From Anaerohalosphaeraceae bacterium (GTDB lineage Bacteria > Planctomycetota > Phycisphaerae > Sedimentisphaerales > Anaerohalosphaeraceae), in the NCBI GenBank assembly GCA_963675525.2, contig CAXXSL010000019.1, forward strand, positions 64,001 through 128,000: a DNA stretch of 64,000 nt. The letters are read 5' to 3'. Positions 31,701 through 46,692 of this stretch are shown here, one piece after another. The position numbers and the translations under genes were made by a program. Under the pieces are notes generated by a model. The model searched no databases. It had not been told where the DNA came from and was given only the letters and a program-made list of their open reading frames with translations. The number at the start of each line of letters is the position of its first letter. Positions within the stretch are counted from its first letter, which is position 1.

Positions 31701-32842
31701 TTATAACCTATTTAATGTGCTAAAACCCCAAAGCACGGATATCGGAGATTTGAACATTTTGTTTTTCCTTCTATTTGCTTTTCTCTTTTTTTGTGCAATC
31801 CATGATTATTTTGCCTTCGAAGTCGATCACTTTACCGTTCTGCCAAGTCAGTACGGCTTCGGGGCCGTTAAGAGGATATCCTTCAAGCCTAACTTGTGTT
31901 CCATTAAGAATATCATCCGTTAGAAAGGATCCTTCCTTGTCGTGGTCAGGGTCAAGGTGAACCTCATAAACCTCCGTTTGAGTGACTCCCCGAGAGTCAT
32001 AATTATAGCCGCCATCATGGCCGTTTTTTTTGTGTCTTAAAGGTTTTCGGAAGCCATACGCCGTTGACCTCTTGAAATTCTAACACTTCATAAAGGTGAT
32101 TCATTAGCACATCTTTTCCAAGGAATTGGCGATTAACAAAGTCTCCTGTCTTACGCTGGGACCGGAGGCGCGCAAGGTTGAAACCGTGAACAGGATCGAT
32201 CCAGGCCCTGTATGTTCCCCGTTGTGGAACCTCGGCTTCGACCGCGTAGCAATCTACTCCGTTGACCTTGCTTCGTTTATCAAGCAATTTCACGTTTGCA
32301 TCGGCTCGTAAAAACATTGTCCCAATATCCTGATCATTACCAAACACATATCCCTGTGCAGGTGAGATCATGGTTCGTGTATAAGTTTTTTTAACATAAT
32401 CTGCGTAAGTATCTCCTTCTTTGTGTATCTGTACACTTCCGGGATATTTGGCGGTTTGTCGGTTTTTTGGAGCAAGGCTAAGCTCATATCCGGCTTCTCC
32501 ATCCCACAACACACTCTGGTAGAATGCATTTTCCTTAGCTACACCCCGATCACTGCCCACATCTCCCCAGGTCATCACGCTTTCCTTGACACGATTACCG
32601 TCAAATCGAACATCAGAATGGCTGCACATCGTTCCTCGTCCATTATAAGGGGCGATACCGGTATAGACAAAGGTGGATGTTGTATTCGATTTTATGATAT
32701 AGGACTTTAATTTATTTTGTGATTCTACAAATTTCAACATGACCTGGCGTGCATTGACAGGGGCAGATATATCTTCCGCCAATGCAGTAATTTGAAAAAT
32801 AAGCAGACAAGTGACAAACCAAAAAGTGTGTTTTTTAGCCAT
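31701..32842 (-). CDS. Secreted hypothetical protein (LolA-like beta-rich, planctomycete type); frameshifted near 32020
   Basis: Signal peptide; VNGVDCY.VEA..WIDP.HGFN; EFQEVNGVWLP; continues in another frame as LDPDHDKEGSFLTDDI. The 3' end is uncertain. Confidence 0.6.
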
Positions 32843-32860
32843 TGCCAGGCCCTCATTTTC

Positions 32861-34319
32861 TTATTTCGGCGTCTCCATTTGTTCTTTGATTTGATTCATA
32901 ACGTTTCGATTGATTGGGTAGAAGATCAGAATCGGCAACGCCAGTATCATCATAGCCGGTCCTGTCGTAAATGTAATCATTGCAACGTTACGAGCGGCCT
33001 CTTCTGCCTGGATTTCCTGACCGGAAATGTATCCAGCCCAACCCATCAAGAGGCCATTAATGGCCATTCCCATCGCCATGGCAAACTTGAGTATAAAGCT
33101 GAATACGGCCGAATAGCTGCCGTCTTTCAGGGACGCCGGTCTTAAGCAGATTAATTTCAGAAATATCGGCAATCATCGAAGTGGCCAGCGGAATCAACAT
33201 ACCACATCCTCCCCACCACAGACCCTGGAAGATACCAAACGTCACAACGGAGATGGGGATATTTAACGCGCCCATTTGCCAGTAGGCCTCCGGTTTCAGC
33301 AGTCTGCTCAGGAAGATAATCCAGAGCATGACATTGCCAAAGATACAGAAAAAGACGCCGACGTAGCCAGCTTGCTTTTTGTCATATTTGCGAACGAGCC
33401 AGGCCTGAAACAAAGCTCCCAGTGCAAAGGCCACCATGGTGCCTCCATGAACGCAGGTTTTCTGCATCGCCGTAAATTTCATAAAGTCAACATACGTGAA
33501 CATTTGAGCCTGGCCTACCAGCTGCATGCCCAATTGAGCAATTCCGATAAATGCAAAAACATACAGAGCGTTCTTATCCGATATCGTATAACGAAAATCT
33601 ATCAAGAAAGATTTGAGATTATTGTGGGTTTCCACCTTCCTGGTGTCTGCGGCATATCGGCGTGTAAAATAAAGACAGTATCCTATTGTGAGTACTATCA
33701 TTATTGTCAGAATAATACTCATGTTGAAGTAATTGGAAGCGATATTGGTTCCATCCAGAAAACTACCGTCGGCATTGGTCCCATCCCGGAAGAACAGGGT
33801 CCATGCCATTGCGCCAAAAAAGAAATTGACAGCCATATTGACAACGTAACGGACACTTTGCAACTTGGATCGGCCTTCGTATTCGGTACAGATTTCAAAT
33901 CCGAGGGCGGTATAGGGCACCAGGAAAACGGTCAAAGCAGTTCGAAAAATCAGGTTCATCACCACCACGTACCCAAACAGATAGGTCGGTTCTTTGAAAA
34001 AATCAGGTACAAACCACAGGAAAAAGAAAGAGATCGCCAGAGCTAATCCGCCTAACAACATATAAGGGTGCCGTCGGCCGAAACGGCTGCGGGTATTGTC
34101 GGTAATATGCCCCATGATGGGATCAGAAATGGCATCCCAGAACAATGTCACACCTAATGCCAGTCCGGCAATTTCTGTTTTCATCCCCAGCACTTTAGCA
34201 TAGTACAGCATGGCAAAATTGGCGATTCCGTTCATAGCAATCGAGGTGGCGCCTTCGCCGATGGAATAATTGATAATGTCCCGTAAGGGGGTGGCCGATT
34301 GGGTCTTTTTCGATAACAT
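32861..34319 (-). CDS. MFS glycoside-pentoside-hexuronide (GPH/MelB-like) transporter; indel near 33140
   Basis: WDAISDPIMGHITDNTRSRFGRRHPY, VPYTALG.EI, SMIAD; tail DGSYSAVFSF..K..FYPIN. Confidence 0.9.
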
Positions 34320-34348
34320 GTCCTGTACCCTTCCTTGTTATGTCATGG

Positions 34349-39716
<5,368 letters not shown>

Positions 39717-42461
39717 TTACCCTTTAATGAGTGCTTGAAAAATACTCTTAAATTTATAACTACCCGAAGGGACATCAAAGACGGCGAATTGTTCCTGGCG
39801 TCCAAGACTCTTAATTCCTTCGATTTTTTCAACAGGCGTGCCGCCTTCTTCTATCGGCGTATCCGGATCACTTGGGATATAAGCCCGGGCTGTCGTATTC
39901 GCAGGAATCGTAATCTCATATGTCAGTGTGTTCGCCTGTCGCTGCCAGCGGCTTTTGATTGTTCCATGCATTGAGTTATACGCCGCCCCGGCGTGGCTTA
40001 GCCCGCCGCCGGGATAGGGCCGTAGCAGGAATTTTTTAAATCCGTTCACCTGCGAATCCAATTCAATGCCTGCTGCACAGCGATAAAGCCATTCACCGAC
40101 GGAGCCCAGCGAGTAGTGGTTGAAGGAATTCATTTGCGGATTGAAAAATCCCTCCTCTTCGGTCCATCCGTTCCAGCGTTCCCAGATGGTGGTTGCTCCG
40201 TGAAGCACCGGATAGAGCCATGAAGGATAATCTTCATTCAGCAGCAACCGCCACGCCACATCCGGTTGCCCCACAGCGGTGAGCGTCGGGTTTAAATGGC
40301 TGATGCCGATGAATCCAGTGCTTAAATGCCAATTGAGCTTCTTGATATTTTCAATGAGGTGTGCGGCGGTACGTTTCCGGTCCTTTTCCGGAAGCAGATT
40401 AAACGCAAGGGCCAGGAGATAGGCGGTTTGGGTATCGACGGTCAGTTTACCATCGTCCAAAAGGAATTCTTTTTGAAAAGCCTGACGGACCTGTTCGGAC
40501 ATGGCTTGAAAACGTTGGGCGTCCTGATTTTGTCCGATTGCTTCTGCCATGCGGGCCAGTTTTGCGGCGTCGTCGGCCCAATAAGCTGTCGCCAACAGGG
40601 TTTTCATGGGCGATTGTGTCCGGAAGGTTGTGTCGGAGGGGATACAAAGCCAATCGCCATAGTTGTTGCCGAGTTTACGACTGCGGAGATTGTTGGGATT
40701 TGTCTGTTGAATATATTCCAGCCAATTGACCATGGCTTGATAGTGCCGTTCAATAATGCGTGTATCGCCATAAACGCGCCAGAGTGTCCAGGGGATGATC
40801 ACCCCGGCATCCGCCCAGCCAGCGGCTCCGCCCAGACCGTCCAGACCGACGAAGTTGGTGTCTTCTCGCAGGCGCGGGGCCGTATCCGGAAAGATGCCTT
40901 CGGGGGTTTGTGCGTCCTCCACATCCACCATCCATTTGGTAAAGAACGCCGCGACATCCATATTGTAAGTTGCCGTACGGGAAAACACCTGCGCATCACC
41001 TGTCCAGCCCAGTCGCTCGTCGCGCTGCGGACAGTCGGTGGGTACGCTCAGAAAGTTGTCCTTCTGACTCCAGAGGCCATTGAGCCAAAGCCGGTTGATG
41101 TGCGGGTGCGAACAGTCAAATTGACCGGCCGGTGGTGTTGCCGAATGAATTACACAGCCGGTAACTGTGCAGGCTGGAGGCAACGTGTCAAGACCGGTCA
41201 GTTCAACGTATTGGAATCCGTGAAAGGTAAAGCGAGGCTGCCAGGTTTCCTCGCCCTGACCATTTAAGATGTATGTGTCGGTTGCTTTGGCCCGGCGCAG
41301 ATTTTCGGTATAGAGCGTCCCGTCCGGGTTTAATCGTTCTCCGTGTCGCAGTGTGATGCGAGTGCCGGCGGGACCGCTGATTTTTAATTTGACCCAGCCG
41401 GTGATGTTTTGTCCGAGATCATAGATATAGATGCCGGGGGCACTTTCGTGGACAGAAACAGGGTCTATCGTTTCAATGATTTGAACCGGTTCTGATCGCT
41501 GGGCGACCAAAGGGATATTCGGGACTGTTGCGGTGCGGACATTTAGCCACTCCTTGTCATCATAGTCCGGCTGGTCCCAGCCAAAAAGTTCATAGCGGGC
41601 GTCATATGTTTCGCCCATCATAAAATCCGACGCCAGGATCGGGCCGGCGGCGCAACGCCAGGAGTTATCACTGGTTATTATCTGCCTGGTTCCATCGGCC
41701 AATTCGATCTCCAATTGCACAAGTAGGCTGTTTTCAAGCCCATAGCGTCCTCGCGTTTCCTGCCAGCCGACATAGCCGCTGTACCAGCCATCGCCCAGGA
41801 CAGCACCCAGTGCATTTTTGCCTGCTTTGACGATGCTGGTTACATCGTAGGTACGGAAATGGATTCGCTTGTCATAATCGGTCCATTCCGGCGCAAAGAT
41901 GTCATTGCCGATGCGCTGGCCATTCATATGCAGTTCAAATAAGCCGCGAGCGCTTGCGTATAAAGTTGCTTTTCGGATTGCGTCATTCGCGGTAAAGATT
42001 TTGCGAAACCATGGCGGGGTTCCCGGCTCGGTGATTGTGGGTTTTATAGCGTGTTCGGCGTGATTCAAGTAATCAGGATCTGCGGCGATCCAATTGGCTT
42101 GCCAGTCCTTATCTTCCAGCAGACCCATCGTCCAGAATGCCGGTTCAGATAGAATGGAGGTTCCCTGATTATCCCAGATCTGCACCTGCCAATGGCAAGC
42201 CTGTCGGGACGTCAAAGGTGTTCCTTTATAGACAATGTGTACTGAGCGATCCTCTTCAATGCGTCCACTATCCCATAAATCAGCTTTACCTGCGGCAAGA
42301 AGTTGTGCGGAAGAGGCTACAAGCACACGCCGGGCAGACTGATATGTGCCCCGGCGGTCTGATTCAAGGATCCAGTTTAATCGGGGTTTTCTTTCGTCTA
42401 CCCCTAATGGATTGACCAGGTATTCACAGCGTAACCGTGTTACTTTTGTTACTGTACTCAA
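39717..42461 (-). CDS. GH78 alpha-L-rhamnosidase (no obvious signal peptide)
   Basis: LRCEYLVNPLGVD, PTDCPQRDERLGWTGD, GATTIWERWN, MNSFNHY. Confidence 0.95.
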   Translation of the reverse strand: MSTVTKVTRLRCEYLVNPLGVDERKPRLNWILESDRRGTYQSARRVLVASSAQLLAAGKADLWDSGRIEEDRSVHIVYKGTPLTSRQACHWQVQIWDNQGTSILSEPAFWTMGLLEDKDWQANWIAADPDYLNHAEHAIKPTITEPGTPPWFRKIFTANDAIRKATLYASARGLFELHMNGQRIGNDIFAPEWTDYDKRIHFRTYDVTSIVKAGKNALGAVLGDGWYSGYVGWQETRGRYGLENSLLVQLEIELADGTRQIITSDNSWRCAAGPILASDFMMGETYDARYELFGWDQPDYDDKEWLNVRTATVPNIPLVAQRSEPVQIIETIDPVSVHESAPGIYIYDLGQNITGWVKLKISGPAGTRITLRHGERLNPDGTLYTENLRRAKATDTYILNGQGEETWQPRFTFHGFQYVELTGLDTLPPACTVTGCVIHSATPPAGQFDCSHPHINRLWLNGLWSQKDNFLSVPTDCPQRDERLGWTGDAQVFSRTATYNMDVAAFFTKWMVDVEDAQTPEGIFPDTAPRLREDTNFVGLDGLGGAAGWADAGVIIPWTLWRVYGDTRIIERHYQAMVNWLEYIQQTNPNNLRSRKLGNNYGDWLCIPSDTTFRTQSPMKTLLATAYWADDAAKLARMAEAIGQNQDAQRFQAMSEQVRQAFQKEFLLDDGKLTVDTQTAYLLALAFNLLPEKDRKRTAAHLIENIKKLNWHLSTGFIGISHLNPTLTAVGQPDVAWRLLLNEDYPSWLYPVLHGATTIWERWNGWTEEEGFFNPQMNSFNHYSLGSVGEWLYRCAAGIELDSQVNGFKKFLLRPYPGGGLSHAGAAYNSMHGTIKSRWQRQANTLTYEITIPANTTARAYIPSDPDTPIEEGGTPVEKIEGIKSLGRQEQFAVFDVPSGSYKFKSIFQALIKG

Positions 42462-42822
42462 ATTTACTCCTTATATATCTATATCAGATTCATGGCTCCT
42501 TCCCAATCCAGAAAATAGCTGTGACCAACCACCTTAGCACCCCAACACTCTAAAGTCCATTATATCTTACAAAAATGAAAGATTCACGCCTGTATTTTGG
42601 AAAAAATCGCCGCATCCTTAGAATTGCAGTTGTACTACAGGTAGGTTACTATATAAACAACTCCTCCCACGGCCGCCTGTTGTAGAGGCATCCGAATATG
42701 ATAAACGTTTTTGTACACTCATTAAACTTCTCCTTATCACTTTCGGATTTATGATTATTCGTATTCGAATGCAAAAGGTCCATTTTCTATAAGGCTCTTT
42801 ATTATTGGCAATCTTGTTATGC

Positions 42823-42975
42823 CTACTTGAAGAAAGAATTCATGTGATTGGTTTCTTTTATTCAGTTGTCCCCAAAAGATAAGTCGGGATTTGTACCTAA
42901 ATCTCTACTGCTTATACAAAAGCAGATTTGGATTTTGCAGTAGAAAATTTCAAAAAATTGGTCAGGAACCGAGGA
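42823..42975 (+). pseudogene. kbl: Decayed C-terminal fragment of 2-amino-3-ketobutyrate CoA ligase (glycine C-acetyltransferase)
   Basis: Translates LLEERIHVIGFFYSVVPKR*VGICT*ISTAYTKADLDFAVENFKK versus the Kbl consensus EGIYV.GFFYPVVPKGQARIRTQ.SAAHT; two in-frame stops. Confidence 0.75.
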
Positions 42976-43266
42976 TTTGCTTACATTGAAGATAAAATAA
43001 GTTTTTTATCCGTTGTCATTACATTTCGCGAAACTGCTTTATTTATTGCGCAAATTCTTCTTTTCTGGGCCATTTAAAGAGGTGTATCTAAGAATATGAC
43101 AAGTTATTTCTTTTATATGGGAAGATTTAGTTGTTATTTTACTCTATAATAGCGTAGTGTGATTGTGTATTTTTAAAAGGAAGTATTGTACGAGGCGGGA
43201 TTGATTGTCTCTATAAATGAAATGGTTGAAAAATATCATGAGGAAATACTGAGAGGAAATACTGAC

Positions 43267-44166
43267 ATGTATTGTACTTTGAATTCTGGTTCCCCAAAAA
43301 CACGCTCGTTGAAAACGAAGGCCTTTACACTTATTGAATTGTTAGTCGTGATCGCGATCATTGCGTTGCTGATGGCCGTTATCATCCCTGCGCTAAAGTT
43401 GGCCAAGCAAAAGGGTGCATCAGCGGTCTGTTTGGCAAATGTCAAACAGCTTACAGCGTGTTGGTATATGTATCAGGGTGACCACGATGGCGAGATCGTG
43501 AGTTCAAATCCGAGTGAAGCTGACGGATGGGTTAAGCACCCGTTTCAGGAGAGTGCAGGCCCTGGAAACCCGTTAGATCCCGAGTCGGAGTTTCCCGTGG
43601 TGACAGATGAAGATGAACAACGGGGGATCCGGGCAGGTCTGCTTTATCCCTATATTGATGCCGTGGATGTGTTCCATTGTCCGGGTGATAATATTCGAAC
43701 AAGTAAAAAGGATCACAGTAAAATATTTCGAAGCTATGCTATGCCAACGTGCTTAAAACGAAGTTTCATAAAGAAGGTCAGCGGCATTAAGATACCGGGA
43801 ATGCGATATTGTTTCGTAGAAGAAGCGGATGGCCGAAATTATAACGTCGGGCCGTGGGATTTCTATGCTCCCAATGATCCGGCCAACTCCCTGACCGGGC
43901 CAGCTCCAGAATGGCGAGATCCGATAGCCATCAACCATGGCACTAGCGGGATTTTGGGTTTCTGCGATGGGCACGCGGAGTCCCATAAATGGGTCGATTC
44001 AAATACATTCAAAAGACTTGAATATTATTATGAGAAATATAGTGGAACGAACTACGGCATAGGTGGCCTTACTAGTGCATTCAATGCTTCAGAGTTTTAC
44101 GTATGGGGTCAGACTACGGATTTAGATTACATGGGGCAGGGTTGGGCCTATCGTTTTGGACCTTAA
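43267..44166 (+). CDS. Prepilin-type N-terminal cleavage/methylation protein with H-X9-DG motif (DUF1559/SBP_bac_10-like, planctomycete type)
   Basis: KAFTLIELLVVIAIIALLMAVIIPAL..CLANVKQL; FHCPGD; NHGTSGILGFCDGHAE. Confidence 0.9.
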   Translation: MYCTLNSGSPKTRSLKTKAFTLIELLVVIAIIALLMAVIIPALKLAKQKGASAVCLANVKQLTACWYMYQGDHDGEIVSSNPSEADGWVKHPFQESAGPGNPLDPESEFPVVTDEDEQRGIRAGLLYPYIDAVDVFHCPGDNIRTSKKDHSKIFRSYAMPTCLKRSFIKKVSGIKIPGMRYCFVEEADGRNYNVGPWDFYAPNDPANSLTGPAPEWRDPIAINHGTSGILGFCDGHAESHKWVDSNTFKRLEYYYEKYSGTNYGIGGLTSAFNASEFYVWGQTTDLDYMGQGWAYRFGP

Positions 44167-44590
44167 TCATAAACGGTATTGGAGTGCGTTGCGGCATAAT
44201 TTGTTATAGGGTTTAAGGATTTCTCCTGCAAATAACCTTTGAGGACTGTCGTTCGTTTCCAGTCATTAACTCCACAGAAAACACCAAAGAAGAGGGGGCT
44301 TGCAGGAAAAGTTAGCAGGTATTTTATGTGATATCACCATGGAGATTGAGATATGAAGGGCGGAATCTGGAGAAACAATCTCAATCGATCTGAGCCATAT
44401 ACAGAATAACTTCATCGTTTCCTCTATCGACCTGAAAACCCGCCGAGGCGTTTCTTTCCTGTGACCGGCTTATCAACGGAGACGAAAAAAAGAAATTCCG
44501 TTGCCAGAAACACCTTGCTTATTGTGGCTCAGACGCAATAATAACAATTAAAGGATCGAAGAATAGATTTCATGCATAGGAGGCATTTGG

Positions 44591-46162
44591 ATGAAGAAGT
44601 ATGGATTGTTCGTACTATTCGCCATGCTGTTTAGCAGTCTGTGTTTCGCACAGGTCGACAGCGTCGAAAAATGGGGCATTTATGAACTGTCGTTGCCCGG
44701 GCCCACCGCGGGGAATCCATTCATCGGGGTTCAATTCAGTGCGGTTTTTAAAAACGGCGATCAATCATTCGAGCCGGAAGGATTTTACGACGGCAAGGCC
44801 ATCTTTAAAATTCGCTTTATGCCCAATGCCGAAGGCACCTGGACCTATCAAACAAAAAGCAATTGCGACGCCTTGAACAACAAAGAAGGGCAGTTTACCT
44901 GTGTGGCTCCATCGTCAAATAATCACGGTCCCGTTCGCGTGAGAAATCAGTATCATTTTGCATATGAAGACCGGACCCCGTTTTTTCCGTTTGGCACGAC
45001 CCTCTATGAATGGCCATTCCAATCCGCTGAAATGCAGCAACAGACGATTGAGACCCTGAAAACCGCGCCTTTCAACAAAGTTCGTTTTCTGGTCATACCG
45101 CCTTGGCAGAAGTATTATATTGAAGGGCCGCGAACTCTGGATTGTTTTCCTTTCGAGGGGACCTCAAAAGAAAACTGGGATTTTTCCCGCTTTAATCCCG
45201 AGTTTTTTCAACGATTAGAGCTTTGTGTCACAGAGTTGGAAAAAATCGGCGTTCAGGCGGAACTTATTCTTTTCCGCCCTTACGATGGCGGCAAGTGGGG
45301 GTTTGATACAATGGATGCGGCAACCAACGACCGCTATTTGCACTATGCGGTTGCTCGCTTTGCCGCGTATCGGAATGTGTGGTGGAGCCTTGCCAATGAG
45401 AACAGCTTTATTGAACACCTGACGGATGCTGACTGGGATCATTTTTTCCAGGTGGTGCAGCACTGCGACCCGTATAGCCACTTGCGTTCTATCCATAATG
45501 CCGGCCGGATTTATGACCATACCAAGCCCTGGGTCACACATGTCAGCCTGCAGTATTACATGGCCGTACGTTTTTTCGGCACATCCCCGCTCCTGCGGGA
45601 CATTTATGAAAAACCGATTATCCATGATGAAATTAACTATGAAGGCAACCACAAGAGTCGCTGGGGACAGCTATCCGCCGAAGAGATGGTCTACCGATTC
45701 TGGATCACCTACATCGGCGGTGCCTACGCGACACACGGAGAAACGATTCAGCGTCCGCAAAACGCAGACTGGATATCCTTTGGGGGTGACCTGCAGGGCA
45801 AAAGCCCTCAGCGCATCGCGTTCCTGAAGAAGATCGTGACAAGCGGTCCCCCGGAGGGACTCGATCCAATTGATCAATATTATGAAACCAATATAGCCGG
45901 TCAATGCGGCAAATATTACCTGATTTACTTCGGCAAGGACCCGGTAAAGGAATGGGAATTTCGTCTGCCTCAAAAAGGTCTTGAACCGGACATGCGGTTC
46001 CGTGTCGATAGGATTGACACATGGAATATGACAATAACCCCGCTGGAAAAAATTATTGAAATAGAAAAGCTTAACCGTTATACCTATATTGACAAAAAGA
46101 AGTCGACGATTACGATGCCCGGCAAACCGTATATGGCTCTGAGAATCCAACTTGTCAAGTAA
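44591..46162 (+). CDS. Secreted DUF5060/DUF4038/DUF5605 putative glycoside hydrolase
   Basis: VEKWGIYEL..GNPF..GFYDG..RFMP..GTW; PFGTTLY; APFNKVR; RNVWWSLANE; DEINYEG; YATHGET; DTWNMTI..PYMALR. Confidence 0.85.
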   Translation: MKKYGLFVLFAMLFSSLCFAQVDSVEKWGIYELSLPGPTAGNPFIGVQFSAVFKNGDQSFEPEGFYDGKAIFKIRFMPNAEGTWTYQTKSNCDALNNKEGQFTCVAPSSNNHGPVRVRNQYHFAYEDRTPFFPFGTTLYEWPFQSAEMQQQTIETLKTAPFNKVRFLVIPPWQKYYIEGPRTLDCFPFEGTSKENWDFSRFNPEFFQRLELCVTELEKIGVQAELILFRPYDGGKWGFDTMDAATNDRYLHYAVARFAAYRNVWWSLANENSFIEHLTDADWDHFFQVVQHCDPYSHLRSIHNAGRIYDHTKPWVTHVSLQYYMAVRFFGTSPLLRDIYEKPIIHDEINYEGNHKSRWGQLSAEEMVYRFWITYIGGAYATHGETIQRPQNADWISFGGDLQGKSPQRIAFLKKIVTSGPPEGLDPIDQYYETNIAGQCGKYYLIYFGKDPVKEWEFRLPQKGLEPDMRFRVDRIDTWNMTITPLEKIIEIEKLNRYTYIDKKKSTITMPGKPYMALRIQLVK

Positions 46163-46198
46163 CGTCGTTGTCTATCACCCTGAACAGAAAGGATTGTC

Positions 46199-46498
46199 CT
46201 GAAATGTTGCTATAAATCAGTTATTGTTCGATGCTTTTTTGCGTTGGGTTTTGCTGTGGGGCTTTTTGCAGCAGTTGGTGATGAGGAGAAATCTGTCTAT
46301 TTCGTGCTGGATGTGACCATTCCAGTAAATACAACTGTAAGTGTGTATATTCCGGCTGTAAAACAGTCCGATGTGATGGAAGGACCAAGTCGTGCTGTTG
46401 ACTCAGAGTGGATTTGCTTTGATCGCATGGAAGCAGGCAGGGCTGTGTTTAAAGTCAAATCCGGTTCTTACAAATTCAGAGTGCCCTATGATTCATAA
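46199..46498 (+). pseudogene. Signal-peptide-like N-terminus joined to only the C-terminal domain of a GH78 rhamnosidase (internal deletion remnant)
   Basis: LDVTIPVNTTVSVYIP..V.EG...AVFKVKSGSYKF aligns with the tail of the GH78 at 39717 (YEITIPANTTARAYIP..EEGG..AVFDVPSGSYKF). The start is uncertain. Confidence 0.65.
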
Positions 46499-46692
46499 AT
46501 CTTTAAGAACAAGATCAATAAACATGCATAACCGCTCAACACAAAATGTAAACTCTGTACACCGCTCATATGTCCTGCATGCCGCCGTTCATATCGTTAT
46601 GATATGTTCATTAAGTGCGTGTTGTTTTTGCGAGACGTCTGTGCGAGGGAAACACATTCTCTTAATAATGGCTGGATGACGGAAACTCAAAT

